A DNA stretch of 64,000 nt, taken from positions 29,638 through 93,637 of the IMG/VR virus record IMGVR_UViG_3300022932_000014; one strand, given 5' to 3'. Positions 1 to 10,407 of this stretch are shown piece after piece. The DNA is from a virus. The notes below the pieces were generated by a model. That model was not told the origin of the DNA. It ran no database searches and worked only from the letters and a program-made list of their open reading frames with translations. Numbering within the stretch: position 1 is the first letter of the stretch; the number at the start of each line of letters is the position of its first letter. The position numbers were made by a program, and so were the translations under genes.

Positions 1-31
1 AAAGTGCCTGACTTCATATTTATATTATTTA

Positions 32-2896
32 TTAAAATGGATAGGATTTACCTATACCTAAGTTATATAATTCTTGTATTTCTGAATTAATTATTTGTCT
101 ATTCCAAACACCAAGTTCATCAATTTTACCTGAAAAAAAGTATAAGGGCGTAATTCCAGCTTCTGCACCCAATCTAAATCTATTCCCTGTATTACTTCCT
201 ATTAAAGTATTAGACATGGTTTGAGTTTTAACTAAAATTCCATTAATATAGGCTAATAAAATTCCTGAATTAAAAGTAACAGTAAACATATACCAAACAT
301 TCATATTTAATACTTGATCTATAGTTATATCTGTATGTGTACTACCATTACCTATAGAAAGTATTAATTTATTACCTACTACGCTTCCATTGGTATATAA
401 AGAAATTCCATATTTATTATCAACCCTTTCTTCATTAGATAATATCATTTGTATTCCTGAAAAAGAATTTATATTTACCCAAGTATTTATACTTATTTTT
501 TCTCCTGTAACTGGAACTATTCCTGTTAAATAATTAGACCCCGTAAATTCTGCACTATTATTTATTTTACCAGTACTATATAAAACAGATCCAGTATTAG
601 TTAGTGTGTAGTTATTACCTGTAGAATCAATAGAATTACCAGAGTTTTCATCTTCTTTCCAATATCCAAATAAGTCTAATAATAAATTACTAGGTGGAAC
701 ATTTGGTAAATCATCTAAGAATCCATCTCCTCTCGTTTTTGTAAAAGTACCTTCTATTCTATTGAATCCGTAATAGTTAGATAAAACTATATCATCTATT
801 GTTGTTGTTGTTTTAAAAGTAGGTGTTACATCATTTGAAGCTACATGATGTACTCCTATTGCTCTAATATACTTTAATGATGCACTGTTATTTAATAAGT
901 TATCCGATCCTAAAATAGTAACTCCATTAATTAATAACTTATCAACTTTAGCTAAATTTAAAATCTCAACTAATGGAGAATCATTAGGTATTGTATTTCT
1001 TTCAACATATGCTGAAATATTTAATATACCCACTGTTGCGCCATCTATAACAAAATGACTTATTGTACTTGTCGTGTAAGGATCATTTGAGTAATAATTT
1101 TCAATATTTAATGTTTTTAAAACAGTATTAACTCCTTTCACCATAAATGATGGATTATTATTAACCGAGAAATCATTTCTCATATAATTTCTTAAAGTTA
1201 TTCTTTCAGCATTACAATTTAATGAGGCTTTTGCGAAATTACCTCCATAAGCCGTTCCGCTTAAATTAGTAACGTTTATATTTTCAATTAACACTTTCCC
1301 TACATTACCAGGTCCTGCATCTTCTAATCCTGCTGGATTTTGTAAATAATTATCAATTACTAACCAATAAGCTTGACAAATTCCTTCTACATTTCTAATT
1401 GAAACATTATCTATTAATTTATTTCCACTTAATAATCTAATTCCCATTTGTGAATTATCAAAATATAGGTTTTGAAAATCTACGTTTGTTGCTGAACCAG
1501 ATTTACCAAAATAGACTGTGTAATCTCCAGGGTCAACTCCATTTTTAAGCAATGAAGTATTCAGTGTAATTGCGTCATCACCACATTTTGCTCTAAGTCC
1601 ATTTACTTTAATATTATTTTGATACCCGTCAAAATCTAAGCCATCTTGGTTAACATATACTGTTTCTCCTTGATATATATTCATATTTTCGACTACTACA
1701 TTTTCATTTGTATGAAATAAACATGCATAAGTTCTAGTATTAATTAAGTTAATATCTTTTAACTGTATATTTTTAACACCATACATTCTAATCCCTGTAA
1801 CAAATCCATAAGTTGAACTGGAGTGCATTTGTTTAGATAGCCCCTCTCTATATCCATTACCATTCCATATACCACCTGTTATAGATATATTAGTATCTGG
1901 AAAAACACCTGGTAATGATACAGGTAAGGCATTATAATTAGATAGTATAGCTTTGTCTGAATTATCTCTAAGAATTGCCCCACACCCTTCTAACGCAATA
2001 ATTGTAGTATAACTTTTTATATTTAATCCTGTAACAGAATATTTACCATCCCAATATACTAGTAAGCGATTGTCAAATGATGCTTCATCTAAAATAGATT
2101 GAATTATTGAAGTATTATCAGTTCCAAAAGTTGAACTATTTAGTGATATATCAGCATCTGATATACACCCTTTATCTGATAAAAAAATAATTCTATTTTC
2201 ACTTCCTGCCCCTTTGTTAGCTAAAAACCATTGTTTATTTACAGCATCCAAATCTTCAATAGGGTCTTGAACAGGTAATGTCCCTCCTCCTGTTCCTATT
2301 GTACCTGCTTGATATATTGGTATATTATTTGGTCTTGCTACACTATCTGGACTATCTATTCCTAATTCTAAAAATGCAAATGTTGCACTTCCATCAGGTT
2401 GAAAAGCAGTTCCTGTATAAATTCCATTAGAAAATGTTGGTGGAGATGGCAAATCAGATAATTGTTTCCATCCTATTGTTACAGCTTCTGCATTTCCACT
2501 TCCATCAAATCCTACAACTTGTCTCTCTGTACCTGTTGGTAATATTCCGCCTCCTGTAATAACTGGATTTAAAGGATCTGAATTATCTACTCCAACACCT
2601 GTAACTGACTGAACTCCTGGGGCTGACCCGCCCCCATTAAAATTTCCAGTATTCTGTCTATAGAATTCTTCAAAATCAATTTGAGTGTAAGGACTTCCAT
2701 CTTCTTCTAAAAGCTGTGTAATTAATAAAGGTGTATCACTATTCCAATCTTTAATATTAAAAAATCTATAATGAGCTTTATTTAAGTTAGACTTGTCTAC
2801 CAGAACTTCTTTTACAAATCCATAGAAAGTTTCTTTGGTGTTATCATTTGAAAGAACGATGTAATTGTCTTTTCTATAAAATTTATAATTGTCCAT
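32..2896 (-). CDS. Tailspike / receptor-binding protein: central pectate-lyase-like beta-helix and C-terminal LamG/concanavalin-A-like domain
   Basis: 954 aa. N/I/V/G-rich beta-helix-like centre (NQDGLDFDG...CGDDAI). C-terminal LamG-like segment (GYWKEDE...W YMFTVTF...FSGKIDELGVWNR). Lies at the distal end of the virion module. Confidence 0.75.
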   Translation of the reverse strand: MDNYKFYRKDNYIVLSNDNTKETFYGFVKEVLVDKSNLNKAHYRFFNIKDWNSDTPLLITQLLEEDGSPYTQIDFEEFYRQNTGNFNGGGSAPGVQSVTGVGVDNSDPLNPVITGGGILPTGTERQVVGFDGSGNAEAVTIGWKQLSDLPSPPTFSNGIYTGTAFQPDGSATFAFLELGIDSPDSVARPNNIPIYQAGTIGTGGGTLPVQDPIEDLDAVNKQWFLANKGAGSENRIIFLSDKGCISDADISLNSSTFGTDNTSIIQSILDEASFDNRLLVYWDGKYSVTGLNIKSYTTIIALEGCGAILRDNSDKAILSNYNALPVSLPGVFPDTNISITGGIWNGNGYREGLSKQMHSSSTYGFVTGIRMYGVKNIQLKDINLINTRTYACLFHTNENVVVENMNIYQGETVYVNQDGLDFDGYQNNIKVNGLRAKCGDDAITLNTSLLKNGVDPGDYTVYFGKSGSATNVDFQNLYFDNSQMGIRLLSGNKLIDNVSIRNVEGICQAYWLVIDNYLQNPAGLEDAGPGNVGKVLIENINVTNLSGTAYGGNFAKASLNCNAERITLRNYMRNDFSVNNNPSFMVKGVNTVLKTLNIENYYSNDPYTTSTISHFVIDGATVGILNISAYVERNTIPNDSPLVEILNLAKVDKLLINGVTILGSDNLLNNSASLKYIRAIGVHHVASNDVTPTFKTTTTIDDIVLSNYYGFNRIEGTFTKTRGDGFLDDLPNVPPSNLLLDLFGYWKEDENSGNSIDSTGNNYTLTNTGSVLYSTGKINNSAEFTGSNYLTGIVPVTGEKISINTWVNINSFSGIQMILSNEERVDNKYGISLYTNGSVVGNKLILSIGNGSTHTDITIDQVLNMNVWYMFTVTFNSGILLAYINGILVKTQTMSNTLIGSNTGNRFRLGAEAGITPLYFFSGKIDELGVWNRQIINSEIQELYNLGIGKSYPF

Positions 2897-2898
2897 GT

Positions 2899-3189
2899 TT
2901 ATTCTGAAATTGTGCCAGAAGCTTTTAATTTTGTATTGTACTCATCTATTTTTGCTTCAATTGCATCAAGTCTTGCTTCAACAGCTGTTCTTTGCGCATC
3001 CACTGATGTTCTTGCCGCCGCTAAATCTGCAAATGTTGCAGGTACTGCTGGAAGATTAGTTGTCGGTGTAATTTTAGCTATTGTAGCTGAAGGTTTTGAA
3101 ATACTATTATATAAATCAGTAAACAGTTTTTTTAGTTTGCTTGCGGAATTATAATTGTATAATTTCTTTATTTGTTCTGGTATTGTCAT
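2899..3189 (-). CDS. Small hypothetical virion-module protein with C-terminal coiled coil
   Basis: 96 aa ORF, tightly packed and co-oriented with the tailspike gene. Confidence 0.5.
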   Translation of the reverse strand: MTIPEQIKKLYNYNSASKLKKLFTDLYNSISKPSATIAKITPTTNLPAVPATFADLAAARTSVDAQRTAVEARLDAIEAKIDEYNTKLKASGTISE

Positions 3190-3571
3190 TTTGTTTATTT
3201 TTAAATTTGATTATTGCTATTATAATTAATATACTTATTGCTATATAGTCATTTGTACTGATTTCTTTTACATTGAAGAACAGCCTATCTATTATATCCT
3301 GAGCTAAGAAAAAGAATAATAATTCTCCTATTAACCATGAAACCTTCTTTACAGTTTTAAATACAGATAATAATAAAAGTAACATTGCTGATCTTTCAAC
3401 TACTACAAAATGTATAAACCAAATATCATCATTACAATTACTTGTATATGCACTTATACTTCTGCAAAAGAATAGAACTGTTATTGATAGTAAAAGTGTT
3501 ATTCTAGATACTACCAGTTGGTGGTTTTGGAGGCGTTGGAAGTGGCGTATCAGCCGATTTAGGTTTATCAT
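3149..3571 (-). CDS. Multi-pass membrane protein (holin or lysis accessory candidate)
   Basis: 140 aa with several hydrophobic segments, next to the endolysin. True start is uncertain. Confidence 0.45.
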   Translation of the reverse strand: MINLNRLIRHFQRLQNHQLVVSRITLLLSITVLFFCRSISAYTSNCNDDIWFIHFVVVERSAMLLLLLSVFKTVKKVSWLIGELLFFFLAQDIIDRLFFNVKEISTNDYIAISILIIIAIIKFKNKQNDNTRTNKEIIQL

Positions 3572-3646
3572 TATCTTTTTTCTTTTTAAATTTGATTATT
3601 CCTGCGATAATAACTACTAATATAATTCCTGCTACTATGTATTCTT

Positions 3647-4285
3647 TCATTGTTTTATTTGTTTGTAATATTTTTTTGTATTCTCTATTCTTTCTTTTAA
3701 GTGATTTGGAGTTTTATCACTATTTTTATTTCCAAGATTAATTGCTTTACTTAACTGTGTAATACTTAAAGCATCAACTTTTGAAGCTAAGTCCCATAAC
3801 TTATTCTGCTCAAAATAATATAGTCCTGTTTCCCAAAAATACTTTGTTGCTATTTCTTCGGTTGTTAATACCGTTTTAGACCCAATCCACTTAGAAAAAC
3901 CTTTATAATTATTATACATGGTTAATTGTATACCACCTACCCCTCTGTATCTATACCCGTCACCACTTGCTTCATTGCCATTACCTCCTCTATTTGCATA
4001 TGCCCTATTAGCTATCTTTTGTGGTTGTCTGGCGTAGTTTATTCTATCCTGTTCCGTTGGGAAGTATTTTAAAAAATAGTCTTTTAAACCTTCTTTTGAA
4101 TAATTTAAATTCTCTTTGTCTTTTGTGAAATTTGCTGACTCTATTGAGAATTGACCTAAGAAATTAGCAAGTTGCTCATCAGATTTAATTTTCCAAACCT
4201 CTTTCATTTTGGCAAAAGTTTTTTTACCTAGAATGCCGTCTGCTATAAGCCCATTTGATTTTTGAAATTCTGCTATTTTACTCAT
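3647..4285 (-). CDS. Endolysin: N-terminal PG-binding segment plus glycoside hydrolase family 19 domain
   Basis: FQKSNGLIADGILGKKT is PG_binding_1-like. ANFLGQFSIES and DGYRYRGVGGIQLT are typical GH19 motifs. Confidence 0.85.
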   Translation of the reverse strand: MSKIAEFQKSNGLIADGILGKKTFAKMKEVWKIKSDEQLANFLGQFSIESANFTKDKENLNYSKEGLKDYFLKYFPTEQDRINYARQPQKIANRAYANRGGNGNEASGDGYRYRGVGGIQLTMYNNYKGFSKWIGSKTVLTTEEIATKYFWETGLYYFEQNKLWDLASKVDALSITQLSKAINLGNKNSDKTPNHLKERIENTKKYYKQIKQ

Positions 4286-4536
4286 TCTTCTGGTGGTATT
4301 TGTTTATTCTCGAATTTCTTAGAAATTTCTGTTATTCCTGTCAAAGCTCCTAGAAATACTAACAGTGATTGAAAAACAGTAATGGCATTTACATTGATTG
4401 GTGTTTTTAAAAATCTATCTGATACTACAATGAAAGTGCCAAGTCCTAGAACGAAAAGAAATGTAATTAGTGTCATTATACTTTTTCTAGACCAAATTCC
4501 ATCCTTATTTTTTAAAGTGTCATCTATTAGTTTCAT
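4282..4536 (-). CDS. Putative holin (2 TM)
   Basis: 84 aa, two hydrophobic helices, charged C-terminus, overlaps the endolysin start. Confidence 0.6.
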   Translation of the reverse strand: MKLIDDTLKNKDGIWSRKSIMTLITFLFVLGLGTFIVVSDRFLKTPINVNAITVFQSLLVFLGALTGITEISKKFENKQIPPEE

Positions 4537-4922
4537 TGGGCGTTTTCTTTTTTATACTTATCAAAAGCTAGTTTAAGTTTTTCGTGGTCAACTTTCAGTT
4601 GTTCATATTCTTTTACAAGTAAGTTATATTTTGCTTCAAATTTTTTACTTTCGCCAACTACAACAGCATATGAGATTTGCATATCGTTGAAATTTTTCTG
4701 TAAATCTCTATTATGGCTTTCTACTTGGTTAAGTCTTAAGGTTAATTCTTGTGTTATTGCAGAATTATGTTCTATGTATTTATCATAAATCCGCTGAAGC
4801 GCTGAAATGGCGTCCGCCCCCTCTGTCTTTAGTTTTATCTCTTTAGATTTTCTACCTGTAACCCAAGCACCTAATAACCCCGCAACAAAAACAAATTCTC
4901 TCCAATATTCTATCCAATTCAT
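4533..4922 (-). CDS. N-terminally membrane-anchored coiled-coil protein (lysis cassette)
   Basis: 129 aa, N-terminal TM followed by heptad-rich helix, coupled to the holin gene. Confidence 0.5.
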   Translation of the reverse strand: MNWIEYWREFVFVAGLLGAWVTGRKSKEIKLKTEGADAISALQRIYDKYIEHNSAITQELTLRLNQVESHNRDLQKNFNDMQISYAVVVGESKKFEAKYNLLVKEYEQLKVDHEKLKLAFDKYKKENAQ

Positions 4923-4940
4923 TGATTAACTTTTATTAAA

Positions 4941-4972
4941 AAAGGAGAGAAAATTTTAGCCTTCTCTCCTTT
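4941..4972 (-). terminator. Intrinsic terminator after the 752-aa structural gene
   Basis: AAAGGAGAGAA (4941-4951) and TTCTCTCCTTT (4962-4972) form an 11-bp inverted repeat, followed by a T-run on the minus strand. Confidence 0.8.
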
Positions 4973-4992
4973 GATCATTAATTGGACATTAT

Positions 4993-7251
4993 TTATTTTG
5001 CAAATGCTTGTACTACAGGCAATCCAGCTGCACTAGCTAATTGTGCTAAAAGTGTCTCTACTGCGGTTTGACGACCAACTTCAACAATAATATTAAGATT
5101 TGTTTTAATTGAAGAATGCGGTAACAATTTGTAATAGAACTGAGGTCTAATTGTAATTGTATATTGAATATACTGTGCTAAACCTCTAAGTCTTGACTCT
5201 TGCCCCCATAACCATTTACCGTAGTTATTACCTACAAATCTCTCAACACCATCTAAGTTATATCTGGCCTGATCTTCTCTGTTATATAAATAACCCCCTA
5301 ATGCTTCTGGATCTGCGGCGATTGACAACACTTTTACTTTGAAAGGAAATTTACTTGATTCCCAGTTCTCTGCAATATATGTTGCTTGACCACCTGCTAC
5401 AGAGATACGAGTTGAAGTTGCATAAAATGGCATATCATCTCTATATTCTTCTGATCCTGACATTGTGAAAGGTTTACCTCTGAAACGAATACCCATTTTT
5501 GCTGCTGCATCGTACTCATCAATAGCTGTCTCCCAAACATTTAAACCATAGTTTTTAGGCGCTTCTGCTGTAAACAATCCTCTGAATTCGTCTGAACACT
5601 CTTCGCAAATAATGTTTGTTGGTACATTAGTTCTATAAGTAGTTTGACATAAAGAAGAAATTTGTGCTCCTGATCCTACCGCTGGTGCAACTGTACCTGT
5701 TAATGTACCTGTAGCTGTTGCGATAGAGAATCCTGGATATGTTGCTGATGGCGCTACTAAAATAATTGTTGCTCCACTAGAAGTGATTGTTCCTCCTGTT
5801 GCTAATTCAATAGCGGCTTTATTAGCTGTAATAAAGTTAGTAGCTGTAGTAGCTAAATCTGTAGCAAATGTAGATGTATAAGGGATACCACCAATTGTAA
5901 TTGTAGCTGTTCCTGAAGTACCTGTTAGTGTTGCTGTTCTTGACAAGTTAACTGTATCAATTGCAATTGTTAAATCAGGATAAGCTTCTTGTAAATCTGC
6001 TAAAATATTTCCGCCACACTCGTCATCTGCAATTGTGATTGTATATGCTTTTGTAGTTGACTGACAAATATCTCCTAATACCCATGCAGTAGAAACTGTA
6101 GTTGCATTAGAACAAACTGCTTGAACTTCTCCTGCCAAATCAAATACCGCTGTTGAAGCTGGTGCAGAAATAGCTCTGAATGTTGAAATTTGTGCGTCTG
6201 TTAACTCTGCTGTTACCACTACTGTGTATGTTCCTACACCCGCAACTGAACCACCAATTTTAACTGCTGTTCCTGTTACAAATCCTGGTAAATCATCAAT
6301 TGTAGTTACTAAACTTGCTCCATCATCTTCTAAAGCAATAGAGTAAACAAATCCTGCTACAATTTCTGTATATCCTGCTGGGCAAGTATCACATCCTTTA
6401 ATTTTAGAAGCTAAACTTGTTGTATAAGCAGGAATTGATGTCCCCACTGGAGCTTGTAAAGTATAAACTGTTTGATTACCTGAAACTTCATCCGTTCTTA
6501 CAACTTTATAAAGTGGGTATTGTGCTTGTACTCTGGCTAAGGCAGTTGAATCTCCATTATCAAATAAAGTTAAATTGTAATATTGATAATCAACTGTATC
6601 TTCTAATGCTCCGTTTAAGCTATTAACAACTAATGCGTCAACATAGTCTGTTACAGGTACACCACCCAATAATTTTGTAGCGTTAAATTCAGCCACAGCT
6701 TTTTCAACTAGTTCTTGCATTGTAACCACACCATTGGCGCAATCAATACATACTCCGTCATCGTCAAGATAAGGATATTGTAGGTCTAATCTAATAGTTG
6801 TTTCTCCTTCTTTATAACCTAAATTATACATTGGATCTCCGCAAAGAGTAATGTCAATTCCTGTAGAAGTTCTTTCTCCTACTATAATTTCTGTTCCTGG
6901 TTTTCCATTGTATCCGATAATAAAATCATCTACTTCAATACCTGTTCTGTTTGGAACTTCTACCCTAATATCCTCAATATCAGCAATTCTGAAAGTCTGG
7001 CTCTCATATGCTTTATTTGTAGTGTATTGAGACACTGGTTTATCGAACGCCCCTACAAGCAAATCGAATGATTTATCTTTTGATTGTCCTGTGAAAGTTG
7101 AATAAACTTTTCTTCCGTTTTGTGTAAGTTCTTTATTATCGTTACTAACAATGGCTAGTACGCCATTAGTTACATTTAAAGAACCACCTGTTGTTAGAGT
7201 CTTACCATCTAGGATGAAAAAGTCTCTCTCTAATGCTCCCGCTGTTGCCAT
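4993..7251 (-). CDS. Conserved crAss-like capsid-module structural protein (auxiliary capsid / stabilisation type)
   Basis: 752 aa, T/A/G-rich beta composition. Third gene downstream of the MCP, matching crAss-like gene order. Confidence 0.6.
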   Translation of the reverse strand: MATAGALERDFFILDGKTLTTGGSLNVTNGVLAIVSNDNKELTQNGRKVYSTFTGQSKDKSFDLLVGAFDKPVSQYTTNKAYESQTFRIADIEDIRVEVPNRTGIEVDDFIIGYNGKPGTEIIVGERTSTGIDITLCGDPMYNLGYKEGETTIRLDLQYPYLDDDGVCIDCANGVVTMQELVEKAVAEFNATKLLGGVPVTDYVDALVVNSLNGALEDTVDYQYYNLTLFDNGDSTALARVQAQYPLYKVVRTDEVSGNQTVYTLQAPVGTSIPAYTTSLASKIKGCDTCPAGYTEIVAGFVYSIALEDDGASLVTTIDDLPGFVTGTAVKIGGSVAGVGTYTVVVTAELTDAQISTFRAISAPASTAVFDLAGEVQAVCSNATTVSTAWVLGDICQSTTKAYTITIADDECGGNILADLQEAYPDLTIAIDTVNLSRTATLTGTSGTATITIGGIPYTSTFATDLATTATNFITANKAAIELATGGTITSSGATIILVAPSATYPGFSIATATGTLTGTVAPAVGSGAQISSLCQTTYRTNVPTNIICEECSDEFRGLFTAEAPKNYGLNVWETAIDEYDAAAKMGIRFRGKPFTMSGSEEYRDDMPFYATSTRISVAGGQATYIAENWESSKFPFKVKVLSIAADPEALGGYLYNREDQARYNLDGVERFVGNNYGKWLWGQESRLRGLAQYIQYTITIRPQFYYKLLPHSSIKTNLNIIVEVGRQTAVETLLAQLASAAGLPVVQAFAK

Positions 7252-7271
7252 TCTATTGTTTTTTGTTTAAA

Positions 7272-7937
7272 TTAATTTTTTGTTATTGCGTTTTGTTTTT
7301 CTGCTTGATATTTTGGATCGTCTGTGTTCAATAAAAATTCTGCTGCTAATAAATCTATTACTCTATTCATAAATTTATCGTCGAATTCTGGATTATTTGA
7401 ATTAAACTCACTCTCTGGATTTTCTGGGTCTTTAAGACCAACTTGGATTGGATAACGATAGTAGGAAAGATTTGCTCTATCGATGGTAAAGTCATCTGAA
7501 GTGTAGATAATTATTTTATCAGATGCTAAATGAAAAGGTGTTTCTCTGTGCTTAAAAGATGGATTGTTATTAGAATCTCTGAGTATTCCATTAGTGTCAT
7601 CATCTTTAATTTCGAAGCAATCTACTTTTTTTCTTTCACAGCTATCTTTAGTGGCCGTGCAAAATAAGTTAGAGAAATCAAAATAGTCTTTAGGTAGACT
7701 AAATTCTGCGAAGTCTTTTAGTTTTTTTGAAGATGGTATAGATAAATCATGAACTAATATTTTCTGAATATATCTTATATCATCTTCAAATTTCCTATCT
7801 AGAAACACTTCTATAAGCCTGTTAGTTACATTATTAGCTAAAACGCAAAACCTTCCTTTATCTAAACTGATCTTATCGGTGGTGGCGTTCTCATTTAGTT
7901 TTATAATTGTACTTTGGTAGAACTGTTCTGTTGTCAT
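7272..7937 (-). CDS. Putative head-tail adaptor / ring protein (crAss-like capsid module)
   Basis: 221 aa. Position in the conserved module and LSYYRYP motif near the C-terminus. Confidence 0.5.
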   Translation of the reverse strand: MTTEQFYQSTIIKLNENATTDKISLDKGRFCVLANNVTNRLIEVFLDRKFEDDIRYIQKILVHDLSIPSSKKLKDFAEFSLPKDYFDFSNLFCTATKDSCERKKVDCFEIKDDDTNGILRDSNNNPSFKHRETPFHLASDKIIIYTSDDFTIDRANLSYYRYPIQVGLKDPENPESEFNSNNPEFDDKFMNRVIDLLAAEFLLNTDDPKYQAEKQNAITKN

Positions 7938-7941
7938 GTTT

Positions 7942-8913
7942 TTATCCTAATGCAGCATATACTAATTCTAATAAACCATTGTCTTTTAAAATATTTTTAG
8001 CTGCGTCTTTTAAATCTTTTCCTAATAAATGGTCATTTAAGTAGAATCCATTCATTCCTTTAATTACTTTCTTCTCTCTTTGTAGGTGTTTTAAATCTTT
8101 AAACATTACAAGCTCTTTTTTACCAGAATCAGATTCATAGTAATTAGCATAAGTTTCTAGGAAAGCTTTTGGATTTTGATTGTCGTCTTTAGAAAGCCAT
8201 GTAGTAAAGATGTCGTTAAGAAGTTCATCTCCGCTGTCAACAACTCCTGTAATTCCCATCCACTCCAGAATAGCTGTTAGGCCTTCTTTATCTGTGGATA
8301 ACAATGTAATAAATTTAGTAGTTGCCTGGCTAATTTCTAATTTTCTTTTTTGGCCGACATCAACTACAGATTCTTTATTCTCCACTGCATATTGTGCACC
8401 TCCAATATAATAAGATTCACTTTCAAAACCTTCTGGGCATAAATCACCTTTAGAAATAAGGCAATATAATTTGAATAATTGAATTGGATCAGAAGTATTA
8501 TAGCTATTATCTAATTCAATATTTTCTGTAAGTGTATCCCAAAAATCAAAATTTTTGAAGTTTAATAATTGCTCTTTAGTATAAACGTCTAAAAGAGGGT
8601 TTATTATATGTTTGGTTATATTTTTTAAAGCTGTCTGTCTGAGTGTTTCGTCTGGATATAATCGAGTAAGTATTTTTGAGTTCTTTGTAATTCCCGCATC
8701 ATACATTAATTTTTCAGAATCATAAGATCCTAACCTAACTCTATTGTATACATTTGGATCAATTATTTTTGTAGACCTCAATTTTTGAAATCCGTCTGGT
8801 GCGCTAGCATCATACATGGGTATTACTTGATAAGTATAAGGTTTATCCGAAGTACCTATTTTTATCTTGAATTCTTTATTACCGTTTTTATAAACTAATA
8901 ATTCTTCTTGCAT
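7942..8913 (-). CDS. Conserved crAss-like capsid-module protein downstream of MCP
   Basis: 323 aa ORF with its own TAnnTTTG promoter. Assigned by synteny. Confidence 0.5.
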   Translation of the reverse strand: MQEELLVYKNGNKEFKIKIGTSDKPYTYQVIPMYDASAPDGFQKLRSTKIIDPNVYNRVRLGSYDSEKLMYDAGITKNSKILTRLYPDETLRQTALKNITKHIINPLLDVYTKEQLLNFKNFDFWDTLTENIELDNSYNTSDPIQLFKLYCLISKGDLCPEGFESESYYIGGAQYAVENKESVVDVGQKRKLEISQATTKFITLLSTDKEGLTAILEWMGITGVVDSGDELLNDIFTTWLSKDDNQNPKAFLETYANYYESDSGKKELVMFKDLKHLQREKKVIKGMNGFYLNDHLLGKDLKDAAKNILKDNGLLELVYAALG

Positions 8914-8938
8914 TTTAAATCTTTTTGGTTTTACTCTG

Positions 8939-8970
8939 CAAATATAGTAATATGTTTTTATTACAGCAAA
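8939..8970 (-). promoter_or_regulatory. Bacteroidota sigma70-type promoter (TTTG-N20-TATATTTG)
   Basis: The reverse complement reads TTTG, 20 nt, TATATTTG, about 25 nt before the 323-aa gene. Confidence 0.75.
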
Positions 8971-10298
8971 TTACTTAATTTTAGAGTACCGCAATCGTAT
9001 ATCTTATTATAACCCTTAATTTCTTTTTTAGTTCTCACTTGACCCTTAGTAAAAAAGTAAGCAGGTGGTGTCTGTTCAATCACTTTAAATCCTAAAGCTT
9101 TTTCACGTTTTCCATAACTCCATCTCAAATCAACTGTAGTTGTATACTCACCTTTAAAGTTTTCTAGAAGTTTCTCAAACCCCTCATCAACAATAGTGTT
9201 AAGTTTGTTTACAAAAAGTAATTCTTTGTTATTTTCTGAAATTAAAGAAACTAATTCATTATTATAGTAAAGCCCCACAATTACATCCGCTTCTACAAAA
9301 TCGTCAATATAATTAATTTCCAGAAAGTCTGCATATTCTTCTTGATCAATTGTTTTTATTTCACAATCCTTAACTGATAATTTATTTTCTGTCTTGTCTA
9401 TAGCCTCTAATAATAGAGATTTTACTTTATCTTTACTATACATCCACTCGTCTTCAAATATATGAATTAAATGAATATCTTTATCTATACACTGAGTTGT
9501 CTTATTTAAATGGTAATCACTATGTTGAAATTTATCAGAATGATAGTATACACCATTATATTCTAGGGCTACTCTTAAGTCAGGAATAAATATGTCTAAT
9601 TCAGCTTTATTATTTAAAATATCCCTATTTGAATATTCGAATTCTAAATATGAGTGTAAAAATCTTCTCAATTCTAATTCAGCGCTAGACGTTATAACAT
9701 TACATTGGTTACAGCCAGAACCCTTGAAGTGGTTAGAAGGTATGACTTGGAAATCTCCATGTATTTTGCAAGTAACTGTAATTGTATGGTTATCGCTTAT
9801 ATATTTTGTATTATCATATGTATATGTGTCAGAATGTCTGTCTCTTATTCTTTTCCAAAATTCTTCTATTGGTAAACGTAATTTATCAGACCTTTTATGT
9901 ATTCCGCATTTTTTACATCCTCTTCCTTCTAAATGAGTATCAAACCTAATCGGGAATTTTCCATGTTTTTTACATATAACTTGATATATATTCCTCTGTG
10001 TTGTAAAGTCTATTACTGATGAATAGTCATATAAATCACCATGTTTTAAAACAGCTTTTTGTATACACTCCTCTTTAGATAATATCCTATCAACTGATCT
10101 TAATTTTATGCCGCAATCTGGGCATCCTTGACCTGATAAATGAGTATCATTTCGTTTATAAAAATCCTTATTGTGTATAGGACAAGTTATAGTCATTTTA
10201 CCCTGACTTTTGGTCAAGTATATAGTCTTACAATAATCATATTTATTATTGTGTACCTTGTTCGCCTTTTCTATGTACTCTTTTAATCTGTTATCCAT
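8961..10298 (-). CDS. Free-standing homing endonuclease (repeated Zn-ribbon/DUF723-like units plus PD-(D/E)XK/Vsr-like nuclease)
   Basis: Three repeats of K..H...YDY...ITC..HG.F....HL.G.GC..C, then ELDIFIPDLRVALEYNGVYYH and IHIFEDEW. Confidence 0.8.
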   Translation of the reverse strand: MDNRLKEYIEKANKVHNNKYDYCKTIYLTKSQGKMTITCPIHNKDFYKRNDTHLSGQGCPDCGIKLRSVDRILSKEECIQKAVLKHGDLYDYSSVIDFTTQRNIYQVICKKHGKFPIRFDTHLEGRGCKKCGIHKRSDKLRLPIEEFWKRIRDRHSDTYTYDNTKYISDNHTITVTCKIHGDFQVIPSNHFKGSGCNQCNVITSSAELELRRFLHSYLEFEYSNRDILNNKAELDIFIPDLRVALEYNGVYYHSDKFQHSDYHLNKTTQCIDKDIHLIHIFEDEWMYSKDKVKSLLLEAIDKTENKLSVKDCEIKTIDQEEYADFLEINYIDDFVEADVIVGLYYNNELVSLISENNKELLFVNKLNTIVDEGFEKLLENFKGEYTTTVDLRWSYGKREKALGFKVIEQTPPAYFFTKGQVRTKKEIKGYNKIYDCGTLKLSNLL

Positions 10299-10302
10299 TC
10301 TA

Positions 10303-10333
10303 CAAATGTAATGATAATAAATTTAAAAACAAA
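10303..10333 (-). promoter_or_regulatory. Promoter for the homing endonuclease (TTTG-N19-TACATTTG)
   Basis: Consensus -33/-7 elements immediately before the ATG at 10298. Confidence 0.7.
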
Positions 10334-10346
10334 ATTTATTTTTTGC

Positions 10347-10376
10347 TTGTTTTGTAAAATAAAAGTATTATATTTG
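10347..10376 (+). promoter_or_regulatory. Promoter for the 87-aa counter-oriented ORF (TTG-N19-TATATTTG)
   Basis: TATATTTG at 10369-10376. Confidence 0.65.
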
Positions 10377-10407
10377 CAGAGTAAAATTTAAATAAACAAT
10401 TATAAAA

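Noticed and set aside
32-2896. Tailspike C-terminus as a third DGR target
   Set aside because: No match to the TR's invariant positions (CCTTTTCGT...GTG...TCG...GTCCC.TCC) was seen by eye. A wildcard search should confirm this.
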